Assembly (NCBI GenBank): GCA_004431415.1
Contig: QPMI01000709.1
Coordinates: forward strand, 124,001 to 188,000
Direction of reading: 5' to 3'
DNA: 64,000 nucleotides
Source: Cyanophora paradoxa CCMP329
Taxonomy: Eukaryota > Plantae > Glaucophyta
The position numbers and the translations under genes are program-made. Positions 51,288-63,356 of this stretch are shown here, piece after piece. The notes below the pieces were generated by a model. It was not told the DNA's origin. It saw nothing but the letters and a program-made list of their open reading frames with translations, and ran no database searches. How positions within the stretch are numbered: the stretch's first letter is position 1; each line of letters opens with the position of its first letter.

Positions 51288-52905
51288 ATGAACGACCTAG
51301 CATCTGCCGTAGACAGATTCCGCGACAGCTTGTTCGGCGAAGGCGCGTCTGCGCGGCGGCCTCCGGGCTTCCACCTGGCCTACATCTCGCGCGACGACCT
51401 GCGCTTCATTGTAACGGGCACGCTGATCCTCTGCGCCCTGCGCGCCGTCACGGACCGGCTGTTCTTCGTGCGTGCTCGCCCTCTCGGCGCGCGCGCGCGC
51501 GGCCGGGTCTGGCCTGCCGCTCGATTTGACCCTTGAAATCCCTATGCCGACCATGTACGTGATCAATGTCGACCCGCAGCGCCTGGGCAAGCGGTTCGGC
51601 ATCAGGTCAGACACCGCAACAGCCAAGTTCGCGGAGTGCACCTGGTATTCGATTAGCTATGTCATCCTTTTTGCTTTTGGCGCATATGCACAGCTGCCTG
51701 AGAAGGGCTTCGGCTTCAACGCCGAGTACTTCTTCGGGCAGTATCCCAACGACAACCTCAGGTGCGTCGCACCGCGTGCAGAAGCTTGCGAGCGTGCCCC
51801 GCGAGCGCGCACACCTAGGGGCTGATGCGCGCGGCCGCAGCTCCACCCTGCGCCACTTCTACCTCGTGTACCTGGCCTTCTACACCCACTGCTGGGCCCA
51901 CCTCCTCTACACCCCGCGCAAGAAGGATTTCCGGGTGATGCTCATCCACCATGTCGCAACCGTCGGCGTCGTGCTCATCTCGTGGATGTTCCGGTCTGTC
52001 CTGCACCGTCTTCCTTCTTGGCAGCTGCCGACACCCCCGCAGCCTGTTCAAGGTCGGCGCCGCGATCATGTCCATCCACGACGTGGGAGACATCTTTCTG
52101 TACGGGACCAAGGTGCGCGCTTCTCTCGCGCACGGCATTCCCCGTCCCTACCGACGCGCGGTCTGGTTCTCCCGACAGGCCTTCTTCTACGTGCACGGCC
52201 GCTGCGCCATCACGGAGGGCGGCTTCGCCGTGTTTGCTATCTCTTTCTTCCTTACCCGCATCCTCGTCTTCCCGAAGGCCCGCGCCTTCCTTTTTCGGTT
52301 TTCCTCTTCTTCCTTTACTTATGGATCGCGCTGCAGGTCGTGTATGCGACGCTTGTTGATATTCACCACTACCTTCCAGTGAACCCACGAGAGTTCTTCC
52401 GGTCCGACGCCCTCTCCCGCGATAGCTCCTCTGGCCATGCCGCGCCGGGCATGACGCGGCGCGGCTGCCGGCGCAGGTACTACTTGGCGAACGCGGCCCT
52501 GATTACGCTCCAGTGCCTGCATGTCTTCTGGTGCGCCCACGCCTGCTCAGGCATCCCTCGCCGCCGGCTCGCCGACGCTGGCCCTGTTCCGCCCAGGTTC
52601 TACCTTATCCTGAAGATGGTCAGCCCCATCCTCCTGCGCACCCAGCCCGCGAAGGACATCCGTTCGGACTCGGAGTCGGACGAAGACGAGGAGGAGAAGA
52701 AGAAGGCGCGCCTGCTCTTTGGAATTCTCTCGTGGTCAGTGCGCGGGGCCTAGGAGCTGACGGCGGGGTGTTGCAGGTGCAGAGGAAAATCGCACACAGG
52801 AAGAACTCCGCGAGTAAAGCGGCGAATGGCAAGGCCGAGAACGGCACGAGCAACGGCCATGCGAGCGCTCACAGCCAGGAGTCGGAAGGGAAGAAGGGCA
52901 AGTAG
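51288..52905 (+). CDS. LAG1: TLC-domain ceramide synthase (LAG1 family)
   Basis: KFAECTW; Lag1 motif RKKDFRVMLIHHVAT...IHDVGDIFL; LQCLHVFW|FYLILKM; DIRSDSE; C-terminal KKGK. Confidence 0.92.
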
Positions 52906-53464
52906 CGAAGCAGGATCACTGCACGTGCTCGGCGTAGGCAGTGCTCTCCTTTCGCTTAGAAATTAGGCATTTAGTGCAGTAGACAGCGTGGTCGGCGCTG
53001 CTTAGCGTGCTTTTTCAAGTTCCGGCTAGATTTCAGAATTTGATCGATTCTCGCGTTGGCGTTAACGCTTGTCCCCCGCGTTTGAACGACCCGTGCGATC
53101 AACGACCCGCCGGGCCGCACTGAACGTCGACTTCGCAACTAAGCACTGCGCATGCATATGCGGCATTTGAGCAGCAGCTCATGATCAGCAGCAGCTGAGC
53201 AGCTCTCGTCCCGGGTACGGGCAGTGGAGGCTTCGGAGCTGCCGGCGATTTGATCTGTCAGGAGCCTCGTGCCGCGACGCTGCTGACACCCGGGATGCGC
53301 TGAAGCTGAGGTTCGGACGCCTCATCCGAGCTAGCACGCACAGCTGTGACGGTTGCTCGAGTCGGCGGGCGCTTGCCGGGTGCGACGCCGTACGCTTTCG
53401 ATGACGCGAATCGCTGTTAAAGTTCCGAACAGAACCCGGCGCAAGCTGCGCTGCTTTGGTGCGA

Positions 53465-53519
53465 ACCAGTCCCGCCGTGGTCGGGCCGGACCAGTCCCGC
53501 CGTGCTCGGGCCGGACCAG
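53465..53519. repeat. 25-bp tandem duplication upstream of the fucosyltransferase
   Basis: accagtcccgccgtg(g/c)tcgggccgg x2 followed by accag. Confidence 0.9.
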
Positions 53520-53586
53520 CTCGCATTAGGAGGAGAGCGTCGGCAGTCATTGCGCTGCGGCGCCCGGGCAAGCCAGGCCTGGCGCG

Positions 53587-55978
53587 ATGCGGGGCCTGCA
53601 CCTCAAGAAGGCGATAGGGCCGGGCTCGTTCCTGCTCTGGCTCATCGTTCTTCTGGTGATGGCGCACATGTATCCGCCGCCGGATCTGGATGGCGTCTCC
53701 GCGACGCGCGTGACCCGCCGCTGGCTCCCATGGGGCACATCCTCGGGCTCCGATCTCTCAGCCAGGCTGGACACGTCCGCCTGCCCCGTCCCCACGGACC
53801 CCTCGACCGGCTTCCCCATTCTTTCCTTCGTTGGTGCGCACTGCACTCCGGCGGCTGCGCTTGGCGGCCGCCCATGACGCCTGCGGCGGCCGCAGACTTC
53901 CCGTCCCGCTCGGAGCGGCCGAAGGATCTAAACGCGTACATATCTGAGCGGTCGAAGCAACCTGGCTGCAGGAACAACACGGGGCGCGACTTCGTGAAGG
54001 ATCCAATCTACGTCCACACCAGCTTCGGGCAGAGCCTGGTGCCCGCGCGCAGCCTTCCCCGCGGGCCTTCGCCCACCCGAGCCCGTCTCACTGTGTCACC
54101 CGCGCCGCCAGCACTACGTAGGGACGGCGTGTCCCCGCTGCAGAGAGTGCGACCTGCCATGCGCGTACGCGAGCTCGGGCGGGGCGTCGGGCGCTGCCGA
54201 CGGGCGGATGGGGCGCACGCCCGACTCCTCGCACGTCGGCTGGACCAAGGAGTGCCCAAAGCAGATCAACATCGTGCAGAGCATGGAATCCCCCGAGACG
54301 TACCCCGCTGCCTCCGTCAAGGGTACGCCGCGCCGCCCTCCTGCCCCCGCCCCCCCCCCCCCCCCCCCCCCCCTTCCCCAACTCGAGCCGTCGCAGGGTT
54401 CAAGGGAGCCGGCTGGGACATGATCTCTAGCCTAGAGCAGGCGAGCGACGTGCCGATCCCGTACGTGTCCTGGCAGGACTACAACCTGTACGACAAGGTG
54501 TACCCCAAGACGGCGGACGCCCTCCTGGCGTACTTCATTTCGAACTGCGGGGCATCGAACCAGCGCCTCAAGATCGTCAACGACCTCGCCGCCAACGGCG
54601 TCACGACGCACTCCTTTGGCGGCTGCCAGCGCAATCAGGCATGCGCGTGTACCCCCGTAGCCCATCCCCCTGCGCCCCGAGCGCCCCGCCCCGCAGGAGA
54701 TCCCCGCGGACATCCGCGCCAAGAACCGCGGCCGCATCACCGAGAAGGCACGCCGCCTGAAGCGCCACGAGCGGCTCGAGAGCGCCGCCAACGCCCCCCG
54801 CACAGGTGATGACGCTCTCGCGCTACAAGTTCTACTTCGCGGCCGAGAACACCAACGTCCTCGACTACATCACCGGTGCGGGCTGCTTCTTCCGGGGCCG
54901 AACACCTCCGGCCCTTGAGTGCGCTGGCGTGCAGAGAAAGTGTACGAGGGGCTGACGGCGGGGACGGTCCCCATCTACATGGGGTCCCCCAACATCCGGG
55001 ACTACATGCCCGACCACAAGGCCGTCATCCTGTGCGCCCCGGGCCTTCAGGGGGGACGGGTCGACGCGCTCTGACCCCATGGTCCCCAGGGTGGACGACT
55101 TCCCGAGCGTAAAGGAGCTGGCGGAGTACCTGAAGTGCGTGCCCCAGACTAACGCCTTCCCTCCTACCCCCCTGACGGGTACCAGGTACCTGGACAAGAA
55201 CGATACGGCGTACGAGGAGCACCTGGCATGGAAGAGCACGAAGTACGAGGCGCCGCTGGGCTCCGCCGCCCGCAACTTCAAGCGTCCGCCCCGCCCGCCG
55301 CGCATTCTAGACCGGAGAGGCCGGGGCCGGTCCCGAGGGGGGTACCGCAGGCTTCATCAACACGAACAACATCCACAGCGCGTGCCGCATCTGCATCGCG
55401 GTCGCGGACCGCCTGCGCCACGCCGAGGGCGGCTCGACGGCCCAGGCGCCCCTACCCCCCGATTTCGAGTTCTTCAACAGCAGCGGCAAGTGCCCCGAGA
55501 AGGCCCGCTCCTACAACGCCACCGGTACCCCTCCTGCGAACCTCCTCCCCGCCAGCGCCCGAGCTGACTGAGATCTTCCCCCCGCAGTCTTCCACGTTCG
55601 GGAGCGTGGCTTCTTCTTCTTCAAGGTACAATGAACTCGCACTCACCGAGGCGATGCGGCTAACGAAGAGCTCCTCCAGACGGTACCCGTGACGAGCCCC
55701 GTCACGCTGGACGAGCTCCGATTCCAGGTAGCGTCGGACCGCTGAGGCGTTCGATTTGAGGCGTTGACGGTCGACGCCGGCAGATCGAGCGGGCGTTCGG
55801 GGTGGAGAAGGACAAGCTGGAGGTGCTGCACCGGCTCTGGCCCGAGCCGAAGGAGCTGGTCTGGCACGCGACGAACGGGCTGGGCCCCGCCTTCGACCCG
55901 GGGGCCTTCTACGCCGCCTCGGCCGCGGGCGAGTACCTCGAGCTCGAGGCCACCTTCGACGAGCCCATCCCCGTTTGA
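53587..55978 (+). CDS. GT10 alpha-1,3-fucosyltransferase, plant core-FucT-like
   Basis: Type II N-terminal TM; SMESPE.YP, AYFISNCGA, YKFYFAAENTNVLDYITEKVYEGL.AGTVPIYMG, HSACRICI.VA, FHVRERG. Confidence 0.9.
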
Positions 55979-56562
55979 CCTCCGGATACCTCCCCCCCCC
56001 CTCCTTGTCCCCCCCCCCCCCCTGAGCTCCCTGCCCCCCCCGGGCCCTCCCCCTCTGCGGTTGTATTGCCACCGTGATGATTGCATTCAACTTAAGCTTT
56101 ACTGTGCTTTTTGTTCTAGTTCTCGGTACGGCGCGCGGGGGTGACGATCCGGGTACATGTACCGTAGTATAGCCTGCAGCTGGCAGCCGGAACATCCGCC
56201 AGCTGCAGCTGTAGAACGGAGCCCAGAGGCCCGAACTCGAGCCCGAGCTGCCGGCTGGGATTGGCGGCACCGGGGCCCGGGGACTCCCGGGAAACTACTG
56301 CACGCCAGCCGTTGTGTAGGCCGGATCCGGAGGGGGAACCCAACTTCGCAAGGCAACGTACGCCGTGACGACCCCGATATATCGATCTGGCCGCCGAGAC
56401 GTGGGAGGCCCTTAAGGGGGCCGCCCCGCAGGCCCCGGCCCCGGGCCCCGGCCCCATCCCCGCCCCCCCATGAGCGAAGCAATCTAAGAGACTGAGAACG
56501 ACCATTTGTTTCAACAACATTAGGCCGTAGCATAGCGCAAAGCGGGAGCCGGGCGTCTACGG

Positions 56563-58868
56563 CTAGCGGGTGAAGGAGGAGGAGGCGGCGCCCTTGGCGA
56601 AGTAGCTGTACCCCGCCGGGGCGGGGGCCGCCTTGAGCGCCCCCGCGCCGGGCGCGAGGGCGGCGAGGGCGCCGGGGAGGAGCGAGGGGCCGTTCGGGCC
56701 GCGGGGCCCGGCGCCAGGGGCCGCCTGGGCGGCCGCTGGCCCGACGCGGGCCCCCGTGAGGGACATCGAAGCCCCGTGGGGATGGGGGCAGGCCGCCGCT
56801 CGGCGGGCCGCCCCCGCCCCCGCCGCTCCCGCCGCTGCTCCCCGGCTCCCCGGCCGCGAGCCGCCGTCGCTCCCCGGGCGCGCCGCCGCGGCGGGCCCGG
56901 GGCCGCCCCGGCCCCGGCCGAAGGGCGCCACCTCGCCCGCGGCGGCCCGGCCGCGCAGCTGCGCCGTTGCGCCGGCCTGCGGCGGGGAGGCCGGCACCGA
57001 GCCCCATGCGTGCGGGGCGGCGGGCGCGGGCGCGGGGCGCAGCGGGGGCCGGCCGGCGGCGGCGGGGGCGGGGCCCGGGGCGGGAGGGGGCGCGGGCTCC
57101 TCGCGGCGGGAGGAGGCGGCGCTCGGGGCGAAGGAGTGGACGGAGAGGTCATCCTCGTCCACCCCGGCCGCCTCCGAGCGCGCGCTCGGCGCCCGGGGCG
57201 GCCCGCGGCCCACCGCCGCCGCCGCCGCCGCAGCGAACGCGGCGGCGCGCGCCGCGGAGGTCCCCGGGGACACCGGGGTGCGGTCGGGGCCCCAGCCGGT
57301 GCCTCCCGCGGCGCTTCCCCCGTCGCCGTCGCCCGACTCGGAGACGGGGCCGGAGGAGGAGGCGCGGCGGGGGCCGCCGGGGGCCGGCCCCGACGAGAGC
57401 GGCGCGATCTCGGTCTTCTTGAAGCGCTCGAGGCGGGCGATGGGGTCCGCGGCGCGCTGGCGCTGCCCGGCGGCGCGCTGCATCTTCAGGATCCGCTTCT
57501 TCTTCTTCAGCATCAGCTCCGCCGTGCGGGGGTCCGTGAAGCCCCACTCCCGCGCGATCTCCTCCGCCGCCGCCGCGTGCGGCGCCGGCGGGGCCACCGC
57601 CTGCTGATGCTGCTGCTGATGCTGTTGTTGATGATGTTGCGGTGCCGCGGGGGAAGGAGGGCCCGCGGCTTGGACGGGGATGGGGCCGGGGTGGCCCTGG
57701 TGCCGCTCGGGCGCGGCCGGAGTCGCAAGCGGGGGCGCAGGCGGGCCAGCGGGGAGAAATGGGGCAGCGCCAGTTGGGGTGGCGAAGGCCGGGGGCGGGG
57801 CCCGCAGCGGCGCAGCGAGGGCGGCCGCGATCGCGGCGGGCGTCGCGGGGGCGCCGGGCTGCGGGAAAGAAAGCGAATCATTCCACAATTCCTCGGGAGA
57901 ACATAATCATGAAACGGGGCAAGCAAGCAGAGGGAGGACCTGGCCGGGGAAGAGGGTGGAGGCGGCGGCCTCGACGAAGCGGCCGAAGATGTCCTCCTCG
58001 AGGCGCGGGTCGGGCGCCGGGATGAAGTCCGCCCCCACCTGCCCCCCGATCAAGTCAGGTGTGCGGTTCTGAGCTTGGGGCTAGCTGTTGTCGAGCCCTC
58101 GTAGGCCGCACCTCGGCGTACTCGAAGTCGTCGTCGTCGTCGTAGGCGGCGCCGGCGAGGGCGCGCCGCAGCCGCGCCCGCACCGCGAACGAGCGCCACG
58201 CCGCCTGCACCCGCGTCGCCGCCAGCGCCCGCCGCAGCCGCTCCACGCGCTCCCGCGCCAGCACGGCCCGCAGCCGCGGCCACGCCCGCCGCGCCCGCAG
58301 CGCCCGCCACGCGCTCTGCACCGTCGCCGCCGCCCGCCGCTGCTGCAGGGCAGATCCCGCCGCAGCCGCCGGGCCGCGCGGCGCCGGGCGCAGGCCTGGA
58401 TCTTGATGGCGGCCGGCGGGCCCTGCACCTCGAGCTCGGCGGCGCGGTACGCGGCGCTGGAGACGTGGCGGCCGCGCCAGACGGCCGGGTTGAACTGCGC
58501 GTGCTCGAGGAGCTGCCGCAGGGCGAGGGCGAGGGCCTCGCCGGCGTGCCGCTCCCGCAGCCGCAGCTCCGCCTCGTGCGCCGCGGGGCCGCCCGCCTGC
58601 GCCGCCGCCTGCGCCGCGGCCGCCGCGCGCTTCTGGGCGGCGAGGGCGCGTGCGCGCTCCTGGGCCTGCCCGCCGCACATGCGGAGGAAGGCCGCCTCGT
58701 CGAAGGCCGAGGCCGACGGGTCGGACTCGGCCGCCGCCGCCGTCGCCTCGCCCGCGTCCACCTGTAGTACTCCACGACCGCCAGCCACTGGAGCCGCAGC
58801 ACGGGCGGCGGGCCCTCGTCCACCGGCTGCGCCCCTGCCGCTGCCGCCGCGCCGCCTCGGCCGCCGCC

Positions 58869-58899
<31 letters not shown>

Positions 58900-60205
58900 A
58901 GAGGGCGTCCTCGGTCGATGCGGGGCGGCAGCGGCGTCGGATACCGCGGCGGCGGCCGGAGCGGCCGGAGCGGCCGGCGCCGCGATGGGCGCGGCGGGGC
59001 CGCCGGGGGAGAATCGGAGGGATGCGATGGCGGCGGGGGACGGGCGGTGGTGCGGGGCGCAGACGAGGGGCGAGGCGGGGGCCGGGGCCGCGAGGGCCGC
59101 GAGGTAGGGCCCCGTGACGTGCGGCGCCCGCTTGCAGACCTGCGGAGGAGCACTTAGGCGCAGTCGCAAAGGGGTGCGAAGGGGCGGGGGGCACCTCCCA
59201 GACGGCCGCGGCGCGGTCGGCGGCGTCGACGGGGTGGGAGTCGAGCTCGCGGAGGGAGGGGAGGGCGGCGAGGAGGAGCGCGCGGGCCTCGGGCCGCTGG
59301 GCGGCGGGGTTGTCGGTCACGGAGAGGACCTCGAGGGCGGCGAGCGGGGCGAGGGGCAGGAGGGACTCCGGGTCGGGGAGGGCGTTGAAGGCGACGTTGA
59401 GGGTGCGCAGCGAGGGGAGGGCGTGGAGCCCCTTCAGCGACGCGATCCGGTTGTCCGAGGCGTGGAGGTGCTCGAGGAGGGGGAGGAAGGGGCCCCGGGA
59501 GAAGTCGAGGGCCCCCAGGCGGTTCCCGTTGAGCCAGAGCTCGCGGAGGAGCGGGCAGGGGATGTCGCCGGGGCGGATCTCCGCGATCTCGTTCTCGTAG
59601 AGGACGAGGGTCTGGAGGAGGGGGCAGCCGTGGAGGCCCTCGATGGAGGTGAGGCGGTTGCGGCCGAGGTCGAGGAAGGTCAGCGAGGGGAGGCCGGAGA
59701 GGCCCTCCATCCGGGCGATCTGGTTGCGGAAGAGCGAGAGGCGCTGCAGGGAGGCGAGGGCGTCCAGGCCCTCGATGCGGGCGAGGGCGTTGTTGGAGGC
59801 GGAGAGCTCGCGCAGGGAAGGCGGAGGGGCGAGGGCGGCGAGCGAGGCGAGGCGGTTCGAGTCGAGGACGAGGGCCTCGAGGCGGGCGAGGGCGGGGAGG
59901 CCCTCGACCGCCTCGAGGGCGTTGTCGCGGAGGGTGAGGGAGCGGAGCGAGGGGCCGGCGGCGGCGAGGCCGCGGGTCGAGGCGAGCTCGCAGACGGTGA
60001 CGGAGAGCTCGAGGAGGGCGGGGAGGAGGGCCCAGGGGATGCCCGAGAGGTCCGAGAGGGGCTCCAGCGTGAGCTCCACGCGGGTGACCCCCGCCAGCGC
60101 CGCCGCGTCGTCCATCCCGAGCGCCATCGCAAGCTCCCCCAGGGCCGCCGCCGGCGCCGCCGAGGCCGCGGAGGCCGTCTTCGGGGCGGGGCGGGGCGCG
60201 GAGGG

Positions 60206-60241
<36 letters not shown>

Positions 60242-61993
60242 CTCGTGGCGGCGGCGGAGGGCGGGGAGGAGCGGGGCGATCGAGGCGCGCCAGGCGGCGA
60301 AGAGCGGCTGGAGCGGGGCGCGCGGCGGCGGGGCCCCGGGGGCCGTGTACCACGCCACGAAGGCCTCGTAGGCGCGCTCCCGCGCCAGCGCCGCCGCCTC
60401 CTCGGGCCGCAGCGCCCGCTCCACCGCCGCCCGCCGCTCCGCCGCCCGCGCCTCCGCCGCCGCCGCGTCGAACTGGATCGGGTCCGGCACCGGCTTCGGG
60501 GGCGCCTCCTCTGCGGGAGCCGCCGCGCCGCCCTCCGCGTCCTCTCCCCCGGCGGCCCCGGAGGGGGAGAGCGGCAGGAGGGGCCCCGAGACGCGCATGG
60601 CGGCCTCCGCCTGGGCGCGGCGCGCCAGCTCGGCCCGCCGCCGCTCCCGCCGCAGCCGCTCCGCCTCCTGCTTCTGCCGCAGCGCCTCCGCCGCCCGCCG
60701 CCGCCGCTCCTCCTCCTCCGCCCGCGCCCGCTCCTCCGCCTCCCGCCGCAGGCGCGCCTCCTCCTCCTCCCGCCGCTTCCGTTCCTCCTCCTCGCGCCTC
60801 CTGCGCTCCTCCTCCTCCCTCCTCTCGCGCTCAATTCGCTCTTGCTCCTGCGCGGGGGCGGTCTCGTCGGGCGGGAGCGCCGGGCGGGACGCGGCGGCGG
60901 CGGCCGGCGGACCTCGCGGTCGAAGCGCTCGATCTCCTCCTGCATCTGCCGCATGCGCTCCTCGTTCTCCGCACGGCGCGCCTCCTCCGCCGCCCTCCGC
61001 GCGGCCTCCTCCCGCTCCGCCTCCGCCCGACGCTCCTCTTGCTCCCGCCTGCCCCGCCCGCCCGTCAGGCCCCGCCGCGCTCGTCCCGCACCGCGGCGCC
61101 GCCGGCCGCACCGGAGCCGCTCGAGGCGCGCGGCCTGCTCCTCCTCGAGCCGCTTCAGCCGCTCCTGCCTCTCCCGCTCGGCCCGCTCCTCGGCCTCCCG
61201 AGCGAGGCGCTCCTGCTCCTCCGCCGCCCGCCGCGCCTCCTCCGCCCGCCGCGCGCGCTCCTCGGCCCTCCGCTGCTCCCGCTCCCTGCGCGGGCATCGG
61301 CGGAGAGCGCAGCGCGCAGGAGGCCGGTGCGGGCGGACCGCTCGGCCGCCTCGAGCTCGGCCTGCTCGCGGACCAGCCGCAGCCGCCGCTCGCGCTCCTG
61401 CCGCCGGCCGATCAGCGGCGCGGGGCGCGACTAAGACGGGCGTCTGCTACCTCGGGGTCCTCAAGATCGTCCAGGAGCTCCTCCACGGGCGCTACGGGCG
61501 CCACCCCCGCGTGGGCCTGCGCGGTTCGTGTGATGCGCGGCCTCCGAGCGGCGGCGGGGCGTCCGAGCGGCGCACGGGGTCGACGTTCTGCAGGGCCTGC
61601 TCCACGAGCGCCTCTGTCTCCCGCAGCTCCTCTGTGAAGCCGCTCAGCGCCGCGTCCTTCGCCTCGGAGATGGCCTGCAGCCGCCGCCACGCCTCGCTGT
61701 CCAGGAAAGACGGAACCTCCGCCGCCGCCGCGCTCCAATCTGGCAGCGGCCGCGGGCCATCCCTGGACGCGTCTGCAGCGGCATAGTTAGCAACGGGAAA
61801 AGAAGTGCGGAAGCACGGCAGGATGGAGGCAGTTCTGCAGCTAACAGAGTACGTCGAGTAAGTAGCTTAGCGGCGCACCGTCGTCCGAGGCGGAGCTGGC
61901 GTCGTCGTCTTGAAGTTCGATTGGCCCGAGCTCAGCCAGCCGCCTTTCTATGCTGCGGCTGAGCTCGTCGTCTGTATCGTCGTCTTCCGCCAT
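56563..61993 (-). CDS. LRRIQ1: Leucine-rich repeat and IQ motif protein (LRRIQ1-like)
   Basis: E/R coiled coil, SDS22-like LRRs, IQ motifs (IKIQACAR, VQSAWR, VQAAWRSF), C-terminal EWGFTDPRTAELMLKK. Confidence 0.85.
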
Positions 61994-62150
61994 CTTGCTG
62001 GGCGCCGGGCGCCGCCTAGCTAGTCATCGCTGGTGTACCCAGCCGAGCTCACCGTACCCCCGCCGAAAGAACCCAGCGCGCGAGGCAGCGCGATCCGAGC
62101 CACGCGCCAGTTTCCGAAGCTAAGGCCAGCACATTTGAGACCAATCGGCA

Positions 62151-63091
62151 ATGGCAGGTGCGTCTTCGCGCTTCTCCCCGTCCCGTCGATGTGCTTTCGC
62201 GCGGCGGGACGCTAACGCCGCGCGCGATTTCGCAACGGCAGGCAAGAGGAAGTCGTGCGTGAACTCATGCGGTTCCGAAGCCGCGCGTCCTAGCTGCGAA
62301 GCTGATCCTCGGCATTTGAACAATACAGGGAGGGCGCGGAGAAGGAGGAGGAGAAGCCGCAGCGCCGCAGTAGCCGGTGGGTAGATTGAATGACTCGTAG
62401 AACAGAATCGGACCGGGCGTCCGCGAGCAGGTGGGTCGCCGTCAATGACTGACGCCCGGGGGTCCGCGCAGGCTTTCGGGGACGTCCGACAAGGCCGAGA
62501 AGCCCAAGGCAGAGCCGAAGCCGGCGAAGCGCAAGAGCGGTGAGGGCCGCGCGTGCGATCGCGGCCCGCGGGGCGCCGCCGACGGGCGGAGCAGAGCCGA
62601 AGAAGAAGGCCGCGAAGGAGGAGGAGCCGAGCGAGGAGGAGGCCGAGAAGAGCGAGGAGGAGGAGCAGAAGCCCAAGAAGGGCAAGGCGGCCCCTGCCAA
62701 GAAGGAGACCAAGAAGCCGGCCAAGGCCGACAAGCCGAAGGAGGCCGCCAAGGACGAGGAGGAGAAGGAAGCCGACAAGGACGACGAGGAGAAGGAGGAG
62801 GCGAAGCCCAAGGCTGCAGCCGGCAAGGGTCGGCGCCGCCCGCCGCGCCCCCGCGCCCCCGCGGCCCCTGACGGCCCGCCGGGCAGGCAAGGGCAAGGGC
62901 AAGGGCAAGGGCAAGGGCAAGGGCGGCAAGCCCGACGAGGAGGAGGGTGTGCACGCGCCCGCGGCCCGCGGCTTCGCGCGCGCTCGCTGACGTGCAGCGT
63001 AGCGGGGCCGGCAGAGGAGCCGAAGCCGCCGGTCGACGTCTTGGTGCTGTACGAGCTCACCTGCGCGAAGGTCCTCGCTGGCACCTTCTAG
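62151..63091 (+). CDS. Small Lys/Glu-rich protein with HMGN-like N-terminus (7 exons)
   Basis: Exons 62151-62157, 62242-62254, 62329-62376, 62472-62539, 62595-62828, 62887-62946 and ~63003/63015-63091, all GT-AG and in phase. Confidence 0.75.
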
Positions 63092-63356
63092 GCGGACGGG
63101 CGCCTGCGACTGCGCCTTCCCCCGCCCCGCCGGGGGCCCGGGGCCCCCGGGGCCGCCCGCTGCTTTTTTCAATGCAGTAACAATAATACCACGCTCGTTC
63201 TTCCGCATGCGCCCCCGCGAGAGCATGCCCCGCCCCACCCAGGTCTACCCCCGGTGCCGATCGCGCGCCGCGCCCGGAGGGCTCAAGATACTGTGGCGAA
63301 CTGTCCTGGTTGAAAGAAGGGAGGGGGAAGCTTAAAGGGGCCGCCCGCGCCCGCGC

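Noticed and set aside
59114-61786. Very long + strand ORFs (890 aa and others)
   Set aside because: Antisense shadows of GC-rich LRRIQ1 exons; stop codons are rare at this GC content.
63015-63091. VDVLVLYELTC as the start of a SelW/SelH or GILT thioredoxin-like domain
   Set aside because: No CxxC or CxxU, the stop is TAG, and no downstream domain fits before the convergent LARS1.
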